Shown here: piece after piece, positions 12,296 to 26,611 of the stretch
Layout: every line of letters begins with the position of its first letter
Numbering within the stretch: position 1 is the first letter of the stretch
Source: Octopus vulgaris
Taxonomy: Eukaryota
Direction of reading: 5' to 3'
DNA: 64,000 nt
Assembly: GCA_951406725.2 (NCBI GenBank)
Contig: OX597830.1
Coordinates: 13,206,001-13,270,000 of the forward strand
The notes under the pieces: model-generated
What the model was told of the DNA's origin: nothing
Databases searched by the model: none
Seen by the model: the letters and a program-made list of their open reading frames with translations, nothing else
Position numbers and translations under genes: made by a program

Positions 12296-13524
12296 GGACA
12301 GATTCAAGTTGAGTTTTCAAAAGAAAGTTTCTCGTATTTTGATTATGAATAGTTACTGAATGAATAGTTATTAATTTTTATTAATGTTAGCAGTTTTATT
12401 GTGACATTACCGTTTCTTTGCCAAACTTTTATCCAGTTGAAAGCATTGCTCTCTGAAAACTGTGTCAGTTTATTCATAGTTGTTTAATTTATTAATAGTT
12501 CTATTCTGTTGCTATTTCTCTACTGATTTTCTGGAAGTACTTTGTAGGAGTCCATTGAATATCTTGTTTTTATTGCAATTTAATTATTAAAATTGACTTT
12601 CTCTGTTAGCATCTATGAAGATAGAATACACATAGAGCTATTTTAAAACAAATTCTCTTCCTTCTAATTCTGTATTCAATTTCATATCTTGCATGTCTTT
12701 AGATTGCCTGTATAAAATAAAATAATTTGAAACAGCACCTCTTGTAAATTCATATTATCAATTACTTATTAATTTGAAACAGAGAAGATTGCAATTGTAA
12801 GAAATGGAAATATATTTTGAAATGTATTTGTCAACAAACTTAATTTATTAATGTTTTGATTATTTATGCAACTGTATGATTGTTTTGTTGCAAAATATTT
12901 TCTATAAATTATGCATTTTTGAAATTTTGTTTATAAACTATTATTATTATTCTTTTTTGTCCACATTTAACAAAATTTTGATGCTTTGGTTTGCTATTTA
13001 CGAAATCTCTTCATTAAATAAAATATCATCTTTCTAAATGTACTACTTGAACTTTTAGCTGCAAAATCATTTAGTAATAAACTTGATGTACTCAATGCTG
13101 TTTCACTTGTAGTGACTATGCAACTAGCTCTCATTATCTTGACCATAACAATGCTTTAAACCATCAAAATAACTAATATGATTTTTCGCTTCGGTATATG
13201 GAAGCAGACTTTTGTAGTTACATAAGTGATGTTTAGTAGATATAGTTGTGTGTGCATGTGCGAAAGTGCAGTGATACAGTTAGATGTTGTTTTTGAGCCG
13301 TGATAATTTTAGCTTGAGGGACATGCCTTGAGTGACCTTTCTAATTACATAGGGAAATGACAGTGGGGGAAAAAAAACTGGTAAAAACGAGTTGTACTCT
13401 TTTTCTGAACATAGCTTGATTGATAAACAATTGACTTTCTCATAAAAGAGGCAGTGACAAGCAGTCAGTCTTAGTTTACTAATGGGTTTTAATTTTTCAT
13501 ACCAATAATGCAAACATTGATTTG

Positions 13525-13890
13525 ATCATCATCAGCATCATCATCATCATGATTGGGTTCCAACCAGAAATGCAGTAACAAAGTCCTCCCACCACATCTC
13601 TTGGGCCAACATCACTGCCTCATGGTCCTGGATACATTCCAGGCCAGTGTCTGTGATCAAGTTGTTGATGCAAGCATGACTATGTTTTCCTCTTCTTACA
13701 TCACCACGTAGAGGATTCCACCAGACTAATTTGGAATGCTGCAGTTCAGAGTGGTGCATGCAGTGACCAGATAGTTGCAGCCGTCTTTGTCTAATCTCCT
13801 CGCAAACTCTTGACAGGACTCCATAAAGGCATTCGTTTGTCATATGCTGCTGCCATTTCAAATTTAGGGCCTGTTTTGGGTCCAGTTTCT
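13525..13890 (-). mobile_element. RTE-like LINE 3' fragment, diverged
   Basis: MTNECLYG.LSRVCEEIRQRRLQLSGHCMHH..LVWWNPLRGDVRRGK...DTGL; (TGA)n tail. Confidence 0.75.
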
Positions 13891-14689
13891 CTATTCTCAA
13901 TCCATTCTGTTTCTAGTATAAACTCATCACAGCTATTAATGGTGCTGTTCAGGAGTCAGCTATCTCTATCTGAAATTTTTTGTTTTGTTTTAATTATAAA
14001 ATGTTACCCTCTCTCTCTTTGGGAGAGGCACAAGCACCTACACGCACATATACACACACGGCAGTAACTTCCACCTACCGAATTCAATCACAAAGCTCCG
14101 GTCGGCTCGGGGCTATAGTGGAAGACACCCACCCAAAGTGCCACGCAGTGGGACTGAACCCGAACAGAAAATGTAATAGTTATCATATAAGAAAAAAAAT
14201 ATTTTATAATCAGGGAATACAAATTTCATATAAAAACAAAATGTTAGACAATCTGAAGTGATTATCTGTCCTGTGCAGTAACATGCTACCATTGAATGAA
14301 GTCATGAGATTTGCATTGAAATTTACCAGATAGTGCTGAAAAGTTCCAGGCTTTAAGGGTATCACAAAGGCCTGATTGGAGGTCCACATTCTCAGTTGTT
14401 TTACAGGGCTTAGAAAAACTGAAGGACTGCTGCGATAAGTGTGTGAATTTGAGAGGGGAATATGTTCAATAAACTCATAATTAACTGATCCTCCTGTATT
14501 TTCTTTTACCCAAAGCCAGGAACTTTTCAGCCCCTCCCTCATAAATATGAATAGGTTACTTCGGGGTAGTTTCAGGCAGTTTGGTTTTAAAAACCCCCAA
14601 AAATTTGGAGGCAGTTTTGGTTAGGTTTGTAACATTCATATAAATATATTAGCAGCAATATTCATGTATGTAGCTCAATGAATATTGAT

Positions 14690-14883
14690 TTCAAATTTTT
14701 GCACAAGGCCAACCATTTCACTGGAGGGGATAAATTGATTACATTGATCCCAGTTTTATCAACCCCAAAAGGATGAACGGTAATGTTAGCCTTGGTGGAA
14801 TTTGAACTCAGAGCACAAAGATGGACAAAATGCTGCTAAGCGTTTTACCCAGCATGCTAATGATTCTGTTAGATCGTCACCTC
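14690..14883 (-). mobile_element. SINE family B, diverged
   Basis: Reverse complement of the family B head and 'ttcatccttttggggttgataaa' core. Confidence 0.7.
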
Positions 14884-15349
14884 ATAGCTTAGTAGATATC
14901 GTTTTTAGCTAAGTTGTTCTTTGTTTGATTACAACAATAAAAAAAAAATGTTTTCTCAGAATCATACCTGGAGGTTCACTGATAGCAAAGAAACAATTGT
15001 CTCATCTTATCTATTTTCATGCCCTGGTAACCTCAGGGTTAGCTTTTGGATTCAGTAAACTAAATGTCAGTAAAATACTTGGATTGAATGATTGAATATA
15101 ATTGTCCAGTATAAAGTATGACTTGGATCTAGTTAAGAGAAATCAATAATACATTTTAATACAATAAATGTTATTTAATTATAGTTCTGTATTGAAATGT
15201 AAACTAACATCACATTAAAAAGGGTATAACTGATGGCATATGTTTGTGTAAAAATAATTACTAGTTCAATATTTCAAGCTAGAAGCATTGAGTTTCACTG
15301 TAGTGGAGTTTCAAATGTTGATCAGTTTATAATTTCTTTTGCCAGTAAT

Positions 15350-15735
15350 ATCATCATCATCATCATTTAACATCCGTTTTCCATGCTAGCATGGGTTGGA
15401 CGGTTCGCCTGGGGTCTGGTAAGCCATGGAGGCTGCACCAGGCTCTAGTCTCATCTGGCAGTGTTTCTACAGCTGGATGCCCTTCCTAACGCCAACCACT
15501 CCATGAGTGTAGTGGGTGTTTTTTACATGCCACCAGCACAGGGGCTAGAGCAGGCTGGTAAATGGCCACGATCGGTTGGTGTTTTTACATGTCACCGGCA
15601 TGGACGCCAGTCAGGCGGCGCTAGTATCTGCCACGTTCGGATGGTGCTTTTTACATGTCACTGGCACAGGTGTCTTAACTACAATTTCCATTTGAATTTT
15701 TATTTTGACGTTGATGTTCTTGACTCAACAGGTCT
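15350..15735 (-). mobile_element. SINE family D (RTE-type tail)
   Basis: Collinear with 9140-9510. Confidence 0.8.
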
Positions 15736-17055
15736 TTAATAATTTTTAATAATTTCTGGTTGTTCCAAAGATATTAAGTCAAAATCCTGTTAAGTGCGTC
15801 AGAGAAGTATGAGCAACTATAATGCATTTGTTCTTACAGTTCAATCATTCTGTAGCAACTTGCTGGGAAACCTTAAAGTCGGAAATAATTTTATGTTCCT
15901 CATCTTGGTCCTTATTTTTTGTCTCTACAATCAAATATCCCAAGATCTGACTTCACTTCTTTTTGTGTCTTTCTTTGGTACAAATGAGTTCTCTTGATAG
16001 CAAACATCAGTTGTTCACTCAGCATTTAGTCATATTTCTCTGTTTATAGCAACATAGTTCTTGTGTTGCTGTTTAGCTGCTCTCTCATTTTCTATGCATG
16101 CTCATTGATAAACGGATGGCTAGACAACTATCAAAGAAGTTCTTAAGTATGGGCAAATCATTCTATTTTGTATCTGTTGATCTGGAGAAGCTCTTTGAAG
16201 TTAACCCATCATTCCACTTTCTGGTGAATATTAAGGCAGCTATTTGTCAATGACTGCAATTGTGGAAGTCATTAAAGCTATGGACAAGAGTATTATAACA
16301 ATGTTTAGAAGCAGATGCAAATTCAGAAAATAATGTACAGTTAAATGGACAAATTTTGTCCTCAGACCCATGTCTCTATGATGAAGTGTAAGTGAAAAAT
16401 GTTGCATAGCTGGAATATTAACTATTATTGTATAAAGAAAGTGGATAAGAGATAAATAAGCTCTAAAATATATGGATATATGGAGTTTGACTCAGAAAAA
16501 GGTCTGCTGTACTTGTAGCAGCTCGAATCCATATGCCAAAAATTTTTATAAAATTTTCTTGTGAAAATCTTTTTGAAACAATTTGCATGTGTATATTTTA
16601 GATAAGAACCTCTACAGATGTGTCTGTTTATCCAGGATTTAAGAATATTTAAGACTATAAATAATTATAGGGTTGATATTAGTCTCATTAATTAGTACAT
16701 AATATCTCTATTACCTGTGCTGTATATTCCAATTCTTGTTTAAAATACTTCAATGATACATGTATGGTTAAGTAATTGTTATACAGGTTTCACAAGAATG
16801 TTGTCTAGCAGGCATAAACTGCATGCAACCCGTTCCATACACGTGTAATAATATATAAACACAATAACTTCCTACTTTAAATACAATTATTGTTAATTTG
16901 AAGTTTCATTTCTATCAGTTACACTTCCTGTTTGATATTAGTTCCCCCAATTGATATTAGGGCTGTCACTGCAGAAATGCTTGGCATAACAAAATCATGA
17001 AGTTCTAATCATTCCTAGAAGGTACTATATCTTAAAAATATCACTAGGATGCTGA

Positions 17056-17286
17056 AAGGCGGCGAGATGGCAGAAACATTAGCACACCAGGCGAAATGCG
17101 TAGCCGTATTTCGTCTGCCGCTATGTTCTGAGTTCAAATTCCGCCGAAGTCGACTTTGCCTTTCATCCTTTTGGGGTCGATAAATTAAGTACCGGTTACG
17201 CACTGGGGTTGATATAATCGACTTAATCCATTTGTCCTTGTTTGTCCCCTCTGTGTGTAGCCCCTTGTGGGTAGTAAAGAAATAGG
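17056..17286 (+). mobile_element. SINE family B, full length with 17-bp TSD
   Basis: TSD tatcactaggatgctga at 17039-17055 and 17287-17303; B-box-like GAGTTCAAATTCC; core gtcgactttgcctttcatcctttt.ggggtcgataaattaagtacc. Confidence 0.92.
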
Positions 17287-17877
17287 TATCACTAGGATGC
17301 TGATTCTAGGAGGTCGAACAACCATGCAGATGTTTCCCCATGTTGGTTGCCTTGAAAGGTTTACCACTGAAGCTTCTTTTGTAAAAGTGGGGTGTGGTGT
17401 ACCAGTTAGGAGGCACAAAACCTACCATCTGCTAAAACTTATTTGCATCATACTAACATGTGTTACACTCTTAGTTACACTTCACTTGACAGGTAAACCA
17501 AAATCCTACACTGATTTTGTTGTGAAGTTGTTAATGTCTTAAGATACTTGTGTTGAGTTGAGTTGAGTTTTCTATAACTGCAAGTGTAAAATGTCATTCA
17601 GTTTGAGTTTCAAAGAGTATATTGTGAACGTGAGTGCAGTAGACTTAAAAAGAAACAGAGAACATTATGTATGCATAATGAGTGGTTAATAAAATATAAA
17701 AATCTGCAAGTTGGCAGAACTTGAAAGAAAACTGCTAAAATTGCATAAATTAATATTAATAATTATATTTTCAATTTCTCTCTCTCTCTCTCTCTCTCAC
17801 ATACTTCACAATGAAAGCAAAAAGTTAATTAGTAATATGAATTGACACACACACAAATGCATATACACACAGCTACA

Positions 17878-17933
<56 letters not shown>

Positions 17934-19674
17934 TATGATGCCTCAATGTAGGTAGCTCTTTTATATTTTGAGGTGTCTCTGTAGCTAGATACGACTGCAT
18001 ATATACGCATCTATCACTCGGTTCTTTTTTTGTCTGTATACACCTTATTCATTTCACGTGATTTAACCTGGTGTTGGTTGATTGTTCATATTGCATGTAG
18101 ATTCTCTCCCCGCTTCTTTCTCTCCTTCTTCTTTCTCTCTCCCTTTTGCATTGATAGCTTTAATAATTTTAAAAATGTGAATGTACTTAATTTAATTTTC
18201 TTGATAATTTTAATCACCACAACCATCTGCATCATCATCATCATCATGATTATCATAATCACCATCATCTCAGAGAAGTTTTATGGAAATTATCATCATT
18301 AAAAATAAAAGAAAACAAAAAAAAAAATGTTAATAATTTCATTAGCACAAGATATATCCAGATTCAAGAAGCATTCCTAAGTTTCTTTTTTTTTTCTCTT
18401 GTCATTTTCTGTTAAATTGTATTAGGATTGTATACCTTTCATGTATGTAAATAAGATTTTCTTTACACATGATTTGTTTACTCGTAAAATTTGTTTTTAG
18501 ACCTCTCATTGTCTTTTGTCAAGCATCTGCCTTACTACATTGAGTTCACAGCTTTTTGTCTTTTTGCTTAATCTCCATGGCAACCTCTTTGTAATTTTAG
18601 AACTAAAACTGCTAAAAGTATTTGCCTACGTACAGGTTAACTAAAAGTAGAAAATCTTCCAAATACCAGCTTATATGAATTTCTTTAGATTCCAGCTCAT
18701 TCTCTTTTCTTGGTAAATCATTTTCTTTCATTACTCTGTTTTTAGATAATTATCAAAAGTTACATTCACAACTTTCAGATAAAATTTTCAGGTTTTCTTT
18801 TTTTTTTACTTGAATAAATATAGCCAGAAATTAAATTGATTTTCTTTCAATCCAGAAACACTCAGTAAAATGTTGTTCAAAGTTAAATTACTTCTTTAAT
18901 TTATTTTTCATTTTGCCCTCAAAATATGTACTTTAAATTTTGAAATTTGTAAAGTGTTTATTTGCTTAAAGTAGGTATTAACTATTGAAGGAAATTGTCT
19001 AGCTTTTACTTAAGATTGACTTCATAAGAATGGACAACATACAACATGAAATTCAATAAATGCAGGTTAACAAAGCCAAACTTGACAAAGTTACTGCCAT
19101 ATGGTTTTGTGTAAAGCTAGTGCAGTTATCAGTAAATTTTCTAGTTTCTTGAATACCAAACTGCAAAAGTAACTTCTTCTTACTTATGCCTTAAACATTG
19201 TATTTGGATTGGTCAATTAATTATGAGAATGAGTAAAAAGGTATCTTTCTTAACTGCTACTTTAAGAAACAAATCATAGGAAAATTTTAGTCAGTCTCAG
19301 GTTACCCTGTTTTAAATGCTCAAAAGCATTTTATCCATAAGACTTATCTTGATATTGTATATCTAGGACTACCTTATATGGTAAAACGTGTTCCTCTTGT
19401 TTTTATGTCATTAATTGTTGTTGCATAAGAACCTTGGAAATTGGGCACTTGATGAGAAGTCTTGTTCTTTCAGAGAAATAAGGGATCCATCTGGAATAAT
19501 AAATGGATTCACAGTCTGAGGTAAAGATTGTTTGAGGGCCAGGTTGCAATTCATTATGGTTAATTCGAGAATGCAAATAGATTTAGTTGAAAATTCACAG
19601 TTTTCACTGTTGTGTGAATTACTTTTAAGACTTGAAATATATGTTTCTTTTTTGGTCTAACTATATCTGTCTTA

Positions 19675-20014
19675 GTGAAGGCGGATAGCACAGTGGTTAG
19701 AGTGTCAAGCTCACGATCGCGAGGTTGTGAGCTCGAACCCCAGACCAGGCTGCATGTTGTGTTCTTGAGCAAGGCACTTTATTTCACGTTGCTCCAGTTC
19801 ACTCAACTGTAGAAATGAGTTGCGACGTCACAGGTGCCAAGCTGTATCTGCTGTTGCCTTTCCCTTGGATAACACTGGTGGCGTGGAGAGGAGAGGCCGG
19901 TATGCATGGGCGACTGTTGGTCTTCCATAAACAACCTTGCCCCGACTTGTGCCTGGGAGGGTAACTTTCTAGGTGCAATCCCATGGTCAGTGTTGTGACT
20001 GAAGGGGGTCTCAG
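19675..20014 (+). mobile_element. SINE family C (tRNA-derived head) with 12-bp TSD
   Basis: A box tagcacagtgg, B box gagctcgaaccc; TSD atatctgtctta at 19663-19674 and 20015-20026. Confidence 0.88.
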
Positions 20015-20306
20015 ATATCTGTCTTACAACATGGATTCTAAATGGGCAGAGTTGCCTTCCAACTTATTTTCACAAATAAAATTATCTCCAATGCTTTGGA
20101 AACATGTTTCACCGTTTGTAAGATGAAAACTAAGGCATATTAACTGAATAAAACTGAATAAAACATCTGCCTTGAAAGCAGTATTTTGATCTATCAAATT
20201 CCACTCACAAAGTATTCATTAGCCTGATACTATAGTAGAAGACAATTACTTAAGGTGCTACATCTGAAACCATGTGATTTCAAAGTCATTTTATTAACCA
20301 CACAAC

Positions 20307-21546
20307 TATTGGGTGGGTCATCCCATAAATTATACAGTTTTTTCAGTTGCATGAACAAAAAGTCAGATGGGGGACAGGATAAACAACCTGCATCAACTTG
20401 CCATAAAAGCAAATAGTAATTTTACCTTGTCCATATTCTTAGTGCAAGTTTTGAAGAGTGGTGTTCAATTTTAGCAGTTATTTTCTCAAAGCTATAACGG
20501 AAGTGACAAAGGAGCCTATTCTGTGTATTTTGTTTTATGAGTTCAGTGAAGATAAAAGCACAATGGAAAGAGCGTGGAATATTGGTGTAGTATATGGGGA
20601 TCAGACAATAAGCATAAGCCAGTGTCAGCAGTGGTTCCAGAAATTCCGAGCCAGAAACTACAGCCTAGAAGATGAGCCTCATCCTGGAAGATCAGTAGAG
20701 CTCAATGAGGATATCCTGCAAATCCTGGACATCTCATCGTAACTGTTGAGGAACTAGCAGAGAAGCTTGGATTTGGTCATTCAGCAATTCATCGGCAGCT
20801 GTGTGTTGTTGGAAAAGTCAGCAAATTGGGTCAGTGGGTTCCTCACAAACTTTCCGAGTCTAATCGCGCACTGAGAGTGAATATGTGCTCTTCTTTGCTG
20901 TCATGTCTCACGAATGAACCTTTTTTGAACCGAATAGTGACTGGTGATGAGAAATGGGTTCTCATCAGATGTCAAGTGCTGAGGACAGTGGGTAGGACAG
21001 AGAAACACTGGCACCCATGTAGGGTGTTGTTATCTGTTTGGTGGGCTATGAGAGATTTAGTCCACTTTGACTTTTAAACCCAAACCAAATGATAAAGGAT
21101 TGCTACTGCAAGCAGCTTGAACAGCTTAATTCAGCGCTAGATGTAGAATGATTATCTTTGGTTTAAAGACGAAAGATGTTCTTCCATCAGGATAATGCCT
21201 GGCCACATCCAGTGAGGTTGACATTCCAAAAGCTGGAGCAGTTTGAATGGAAAACGATGCCCCACCCACCATATTCGCCAGACATTGCCCCATCTGATTA
21301 TCATTTATTCCACAGTTTTCAAAATCATTTGGACGGAAAATATAAGAATTCTGTAGACGAGGTCATAGCAATATTGGAGGAGTATTTTTCATCACGGACA
21401 AGTGGATTTTGGAAGTGAGGTCTTGCAAGTCAACCAGATAGATGGAAGAGCGTTGTAAAGAATGAAGGAGAAAATATTTTAGATTAAAAAAGAACTTTGT
21501 TTATTTTAATTTTGAAAAATAAAAATAAATATAAAATAACCCAATA
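20307..21546 (+). mobile_element. Mariner (DD34D-type) transposon relic with disrupted transposase
   Basis: Motifs SLEDEPHPGR, WVPHKL, IVTGDEKWV, HQDNAWPH, HPPYSPDIAPSDYHLF across frameshifts and stops; ends TAttgggt...acccaaTA. Confidence 0.92.
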
Positions 21547-22740
21547 TATTTACACCTAAATTATAGGTTTAAATTTAGCAACAGATTAAAGAAGACACTG
21601 GGTAGATCAAACTTTAGTTTGGCCGGGGAGAGCAAACCTCCAAGTTTGATTGGGGCCCCACCAAAGTCTACTTTAACTGACAAATGCTTTCTCAGAAAGG
21701 AAACCCCACTAAAATAGTGTATGCACAGCAGTCAAGTGGAAGGAGGAAATGTATTTGACTGTATTGTCAGTCTTTTAGTTTTATTTCATAATACTTCCCA
21801 TTCAGCATAGTCTTTATTCCCTTTTAGTCTTTAGTCAGTAAACTTCGGTTACACACAACTGATTTAGAGATGAACTTTTCAGAATTACCTGTGTCAGTTG
21901 ACTTTTTAGAAAAGTTCTGTGAATGCTTATATTCAGTAACAGTAATTTATTCCAGAAGGTATACAAACAAGTTTCACAGAGAGAGAATAGAAGCACTCAG
22001 TAGCTGTTTTAAGATTCTACAGACTTTTGAAGAGTGTCTTTTGGAACAAAGAGTACCACTGGCTGGATATTTGGTGTAATCTTATTGTGGGCATTTCTGG
22101 CAGAAGTAATATCTTTGGCCTGAACATGATGCAGCTGCATTAGGAGTTGATTTAGAAACCTGATTCGGCTTAGAAATAAAAAAATTCTTCTTCAGACCAT
22201 TTTGGCAGAGGTTACTACAAGATTTTCTACTTGAAGAGCAGAATCAGTGGCCTGAAAATCTTTCATGGTTCTTTTCTGAGTCTCAGTTTGATTTTTGACT
22301 GAAGCCAAAGTTAGAAATTTGTTTTTAGTGCAGTCTGGTTTTGTACACAGGCCTGAGGATTTCTGATTATGAGTTAATCTTGAATTTATTTGGGTTGTGT
22401 GTGTATAAGCTGAATTATAGAAGAGGCATAAAATATTCACCTGCAGATTCCATGGTCATCTGCTTGTGAACAGAGTGCTTGTGTCACTCTACAACTTCAT
22501 TAACTGGCTGAATGAAGGTATTTTTAATGCAGGTAAAGCATTATTGTAGGCAGTGCATAATTTCAGCATTTTTTCCATTTTTTGACAATGAGTTTGCCAG
22601 AAGTTTGAAATAAAAGTCAAGCAAACAGCCAATACTTAATGGTGCATAAAACCTTGGTAGCTGTCAATACGTCATTAAATTTTTCATGTTGTAGTCTGCA
22701 ATTCCATGCCAATGATTGCAAATTTAGTAAATCAAATTGA

Positions 22741-23130
22741 CAGGAGTGGCTGTGTGGTAAGTAGCTTGCTAACCAACCATATGGTTCCGGGTTCAGTCCC
22801 ACTGCGTGGCATCTTGGACAAGTGTCTTCTACTATAGCCCCGGGCCGACCAATGCCTTGTGAGTGGATTTGGTAGACGGAAACTGAAAGAAGCCTGTCGT
22901 ATATATGTATATATATATATGTGTGTATATGTGTTTGTGTGTCTGTGTTTGTCCCCCTATCTGGTGTGTTTACGTCCCCATCACTTAGCGGTTCGGCAAA
23001 AGAAACCGATAGAATAAGTACTGGGCTTACAAAGAATAAGTCCCGGGGTCGATTTGCTCGACTAAAGGCGGTGCTCCAGCATGGCCGCAGTCAAATGACT
23101 GAAACAAGTAAAAGAGTAAAGAGTAAAGAG
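22741..23130 (+). mobile_element. SINE family A, near full length
   Basis: A box tggctgtgtgg, B box ggttcagtccc, internal (TA/TG)n, (gagtaaa)n tail. Confidence 0.92.
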
Positions 23131-25403
23131 TGTGAGTTGCTCAGAAAAGAGAGTCAGTTTAAATTGGGCTAGCAGAATGTAGGAATAGAAGTTCACCAGG
23201 ATTTTTAGAGCAACAGTAGGAAGTGGTAATTCCATTGCCTTTTGGAGATTCAACCATTTTTATTGTTATTATAATGCAGCATTATTTCCATAAGATTATC
23301 ACAGCAATATTTCATGCTTATCAGATCTCTTTCTGGCTGTGTGTGGGTTCTTTTCAGACAAAGAGCCTTAATGGTCACACACAGGCAAAAAACCCCGAGA
23401 AGCCGAGGAGTGACTCATCAACTAACTTCTGTCTGTATTTCTAAATAAGTGAAGTGAAGTGTGTATATTTATTTTCACCATGAAAAGGTTAACACTGACT
23501 TTGCAGTTTCACTGTCACATTCTACTGTCACATTCTCACTCGTGTTTCCCACCCATTTTAGATTATCATCTCTATGCAAATATGTAGTGCATGTGTTTTT
23601 ATTGTCTAAACTGGCAAAATGACCATTCCTAAATACAACAACATCTGTATGCAGTTCTTCAGCAATGTAACCTTGAGTGTATGAATACATTGTATGATGA
23701 GAAGGGCTCTCTAATGTTACAGGGATTAGGCATTCTCATTTGAGTTGGTACAGCTATGATTCTGTTAAGCATGGGGTCAGAAAGGTTAAGTGCTGTTGAA
23801 GACATGACCACCTCTCCATTTGGTGATGCCTTGGTAACATGTGCCCAGTACACTGTAAAGTGTACTGATATTAGAAAGGGCATCCAGACACATACCCCCC
23901 CTACTTTTGAAATTTATTAGTGGGATGTGGTTCTCTATGCTGTGGGGTAGTAATGATCCGAAAGCGCATGTAAAAGACTGTGGCTGATGAAACACAAACA
24001 CACACACACACACAATGTATAAAAGGCACAGGCATGACTGTATGGATGCAGAGTCTGCTTTGTAATCATGTGGCTTTGAGGTTCACCTTAGGACCAGTAC
24101 TTTGTGAGTGAAGTTGGTTGTGTGTGTGAGTATGAGTGCGTATGTGTGTGTGAGAGAGAGAGATATTACTTTTTTAGTGTGTCTTCACATAAAACTGCTT
24201 CAGCAACAGTGTTGTCAAGTTTTAGTCAACTGTAAACTATACATCCTGTAGCTCAAAGATTGTGATGTGGAAAGACATGGTTCATTGAATGTTTTGGGGT
24301 TTTTTTAACATGAGATGCTCTTATTCAAGTGACCCCGTTGGGATTGTACAAGCTCTGACTTGCATCCTGGCATCAACTTGCCTATGGATCAGCCCTTTTA
24401 ATCCAGATCCACTTGGTGACTTTTTCTGCAGTTTTGTTTATGAATTGAATTGTTGTTCCTTTGATTGGTCCTGTGAAATCCAGTTGGTTGAGAACTTTGA
24501 AAGACAACCATCCTGTAATACCCATACAGCACATTTATGGAAGATTACAGTGTGTCTTGTAATCACTGATCTGGCAGTTCTTCTCTAGTTTTTGCTCCTT
24601 TGTGCATTTCCTGTTACTTGTGTTTTCAATATGCTTTTTTCCCTGGCATTGTAAGTTTCAGCATAAGAAGTTGTTTTGTTGGTTTAGAGGTGATGACCAT
24701 GTTTAGTTGAAGTGACGTTGGGTACTATGTGCTGTGGAAACTTGAGCTGCCGATCCAGATTGATATGCTGTCTCTTGTTAGGAGTTGTGTAAAGGAAGCC
24801 TGTCCTTGGTTTTGGTTGTGGATGGAGTTTCTTTCCAGCTTGACCAATATAATCAAACTCTTTAGAGTGTGGTGTTATTTATTTGTGATGGCTGTAGCTA
24901 TGCTCTCAGAAACTGCCATGAGTACCCGGTCCTGTAACCAGTGATTGCAACCTTATCCAGTCCCTTGAACAATAGCAACTGGAATATTCTGAAAGTCCTT
25001 TTTTTAGAGTAGAGTGAATGAAAGTTAACTGAGCTTGGCAGGACATAGTAGACAGTTTGCACGAGGAACTGGACACAGTGGAAGTCCACCTCCGTAGTAT
25101 TTGACCTGATGATCCTCTGCTGAAGCATACCTTCCCATTTTTTTCATGTTCCCTGCTGAGTTTTCACTTTGCTGCTTACTTGCCCTTTATGCCTGTTCAG
25201 ACCTCTTGTGTCTCTCTTTGCCTTGGACTTTGATATTTCTGTGATGCCTAATCTGCTCCTTTTGCCTTAGTTCTGTCTCCGCCTCCTCAATTACTTTCTC
25301 TGCACTCCCTCTCCTCCTCGTTCTTACATCGATGCCAGGTGTTGTCACTTTTTAGCCACTGGTAATACCTTTTAGCCTGGACTCTTTTTACTGTTGGACT
25401 TCT

Positions 25404-25632
25404 TTAACCCTTTCATTACTGTATTTATTTTGAGATGCTCTGTGTTTCTTTAAATTATTTTAGATATAACAAAGAATTTAGTAAATTAACTTCGTTATCA
25501 TTAAGCTGGTGTTAGGAACATAAATTTTAACTAAGATTTGGTGGAAGATTTTAATTCAAAACTTATGAAAACAAGACATTTATACTAAAGAGTCAGAGCT
25601 GGTTTCAGCCGGGTTGGTAACAAAAGGGTTAA
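25404..25632 (-). mobile_element. piggyBac-type MITE family 1
   Basis: TTAA TSDs and ccctttc.ttac TIRs; reverse complement of 35754-35982. Confidence 0.9.
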
Positions 25633-26199
25633 TGTGGTACTCTAAATCTTTTGGTGAGGCCACTGAGTAGGAACTACTCAAACAATTCCACTCGTTCCAT
25701 ATTGGTAGGTATTCACAAGAAAAGAGTCTGTTATAACAAGACAAAGGAAGTGATGCAAAATAAGCTTTACATGATGAGTAACATTTGGTAGATGGGGGGG
25801 GGACAAAGAAAGTGCAGGCTGATGGAAAGGATGCAAAAATTTGAGCTCAAAACTGTGTATGGACCATCGTATAGAGTTGTCAACCGTCTTTTCAACTTAT
25901 AGGGACTGAAATTATTAAGAAAAAAAAAACCAACACTTATTTCAAAGGGTTGTGGGCAACACTTTAACCATCTTAATTGCCAGTCAGTGATTGGTGATGG
26001 CGCCATCAATAAAACACTCCAGAATTCAATGATTGAGGAACTCAACACAATTCAAATGTTTGCAAAAATAATCAAGGTGATCGAGCATTTTAGTAGCAGA
26101 AAGCATCTGGTGAGGACAATATTACACCAGCAGTGTACAAGTATGATGGGGGACATGCTTATGATAAAAGTTATCCAGCTCCTCAGGCAGCTGTAGATA

Positions 26200-26560
26200 A
26201 AGTTATGCTGTCATGCGAGATTTTAAAGACATACTGACTAGCCACTTGTACAACAGCAAAGATGATAAATGGCTGTATAGCAATCATTGGGGTGTATCTC
26301 TCTGAAATATCATTATTGGTAAGATCTTTATCAGAATGATCATTAACTGTTTCATCCCCTGCTTTGTTATTGCCATCCCAGATCTGGCAAAAACATTACT
26401 GACACGATGTTTGCAACTAAGTAAAACCAAGATAAATGCAGGAAACAAAGCAGTCATCTATCTCTACCTGGTATTTTTCAGTTTCACTAAAATGTTTGAT
26501 TCAGTTTGCCATGAAGGACTTTGGCAATTCCTTACAGACTGCATGTTTGTTAAAAGTAGT
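26200..26560 (+). mobile_element. Highly decayed LINE reverse transcriptase fragment
   Basis: YLVFFSFTKMFDSVCHEGLWQFL resembles the RT motif F.D..KAFD.V.R.GLW. Confidence 0.55.
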
Positions 26561-26611
26561 TGACTAAAGAAAAATACAGTATCCCATTGTGTGTGTGTGC
26601 TCCCTCAATTT

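Noticed and set aside
11460-12359. Five long ORFs (258-286 aa)
   Set aside because: They are translations of a stop-free microsatellite.
13103-13123. Minus-strand ttgcatagtcactacaagtga resembles mature miR-153
   Set aside because: It matches the first 12 nt as I recall the miRNA, but the 3' half differs and no complementary arm forms a pre-miRNA hairpin.
19675-19750. tRNA genes (also the heads at 37001 and 44550-44624)
   Set aside because: They are tRNA-derived SINE heads continuing into repeat bodies, with no complete cloverleaf.
20458-21418. Domesticated SETMAR-like gene
   Set aside because: Multiple stops, frameshifts and deletions inside TIR/TA boundaries indicate a dead mariner.
21860-22500. 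Nested antisense gene
   Set aside because: Short ORFs with no recognisable domain and no consistent splice chain; I could not support any nested coding gene in the window.
23335-23400. C2H2 zinc-finger remnant (HTGKKP-like)
   Set aside because: It needs a frameshift, is a single occurrence, and the Cys/His spacing is wrong.
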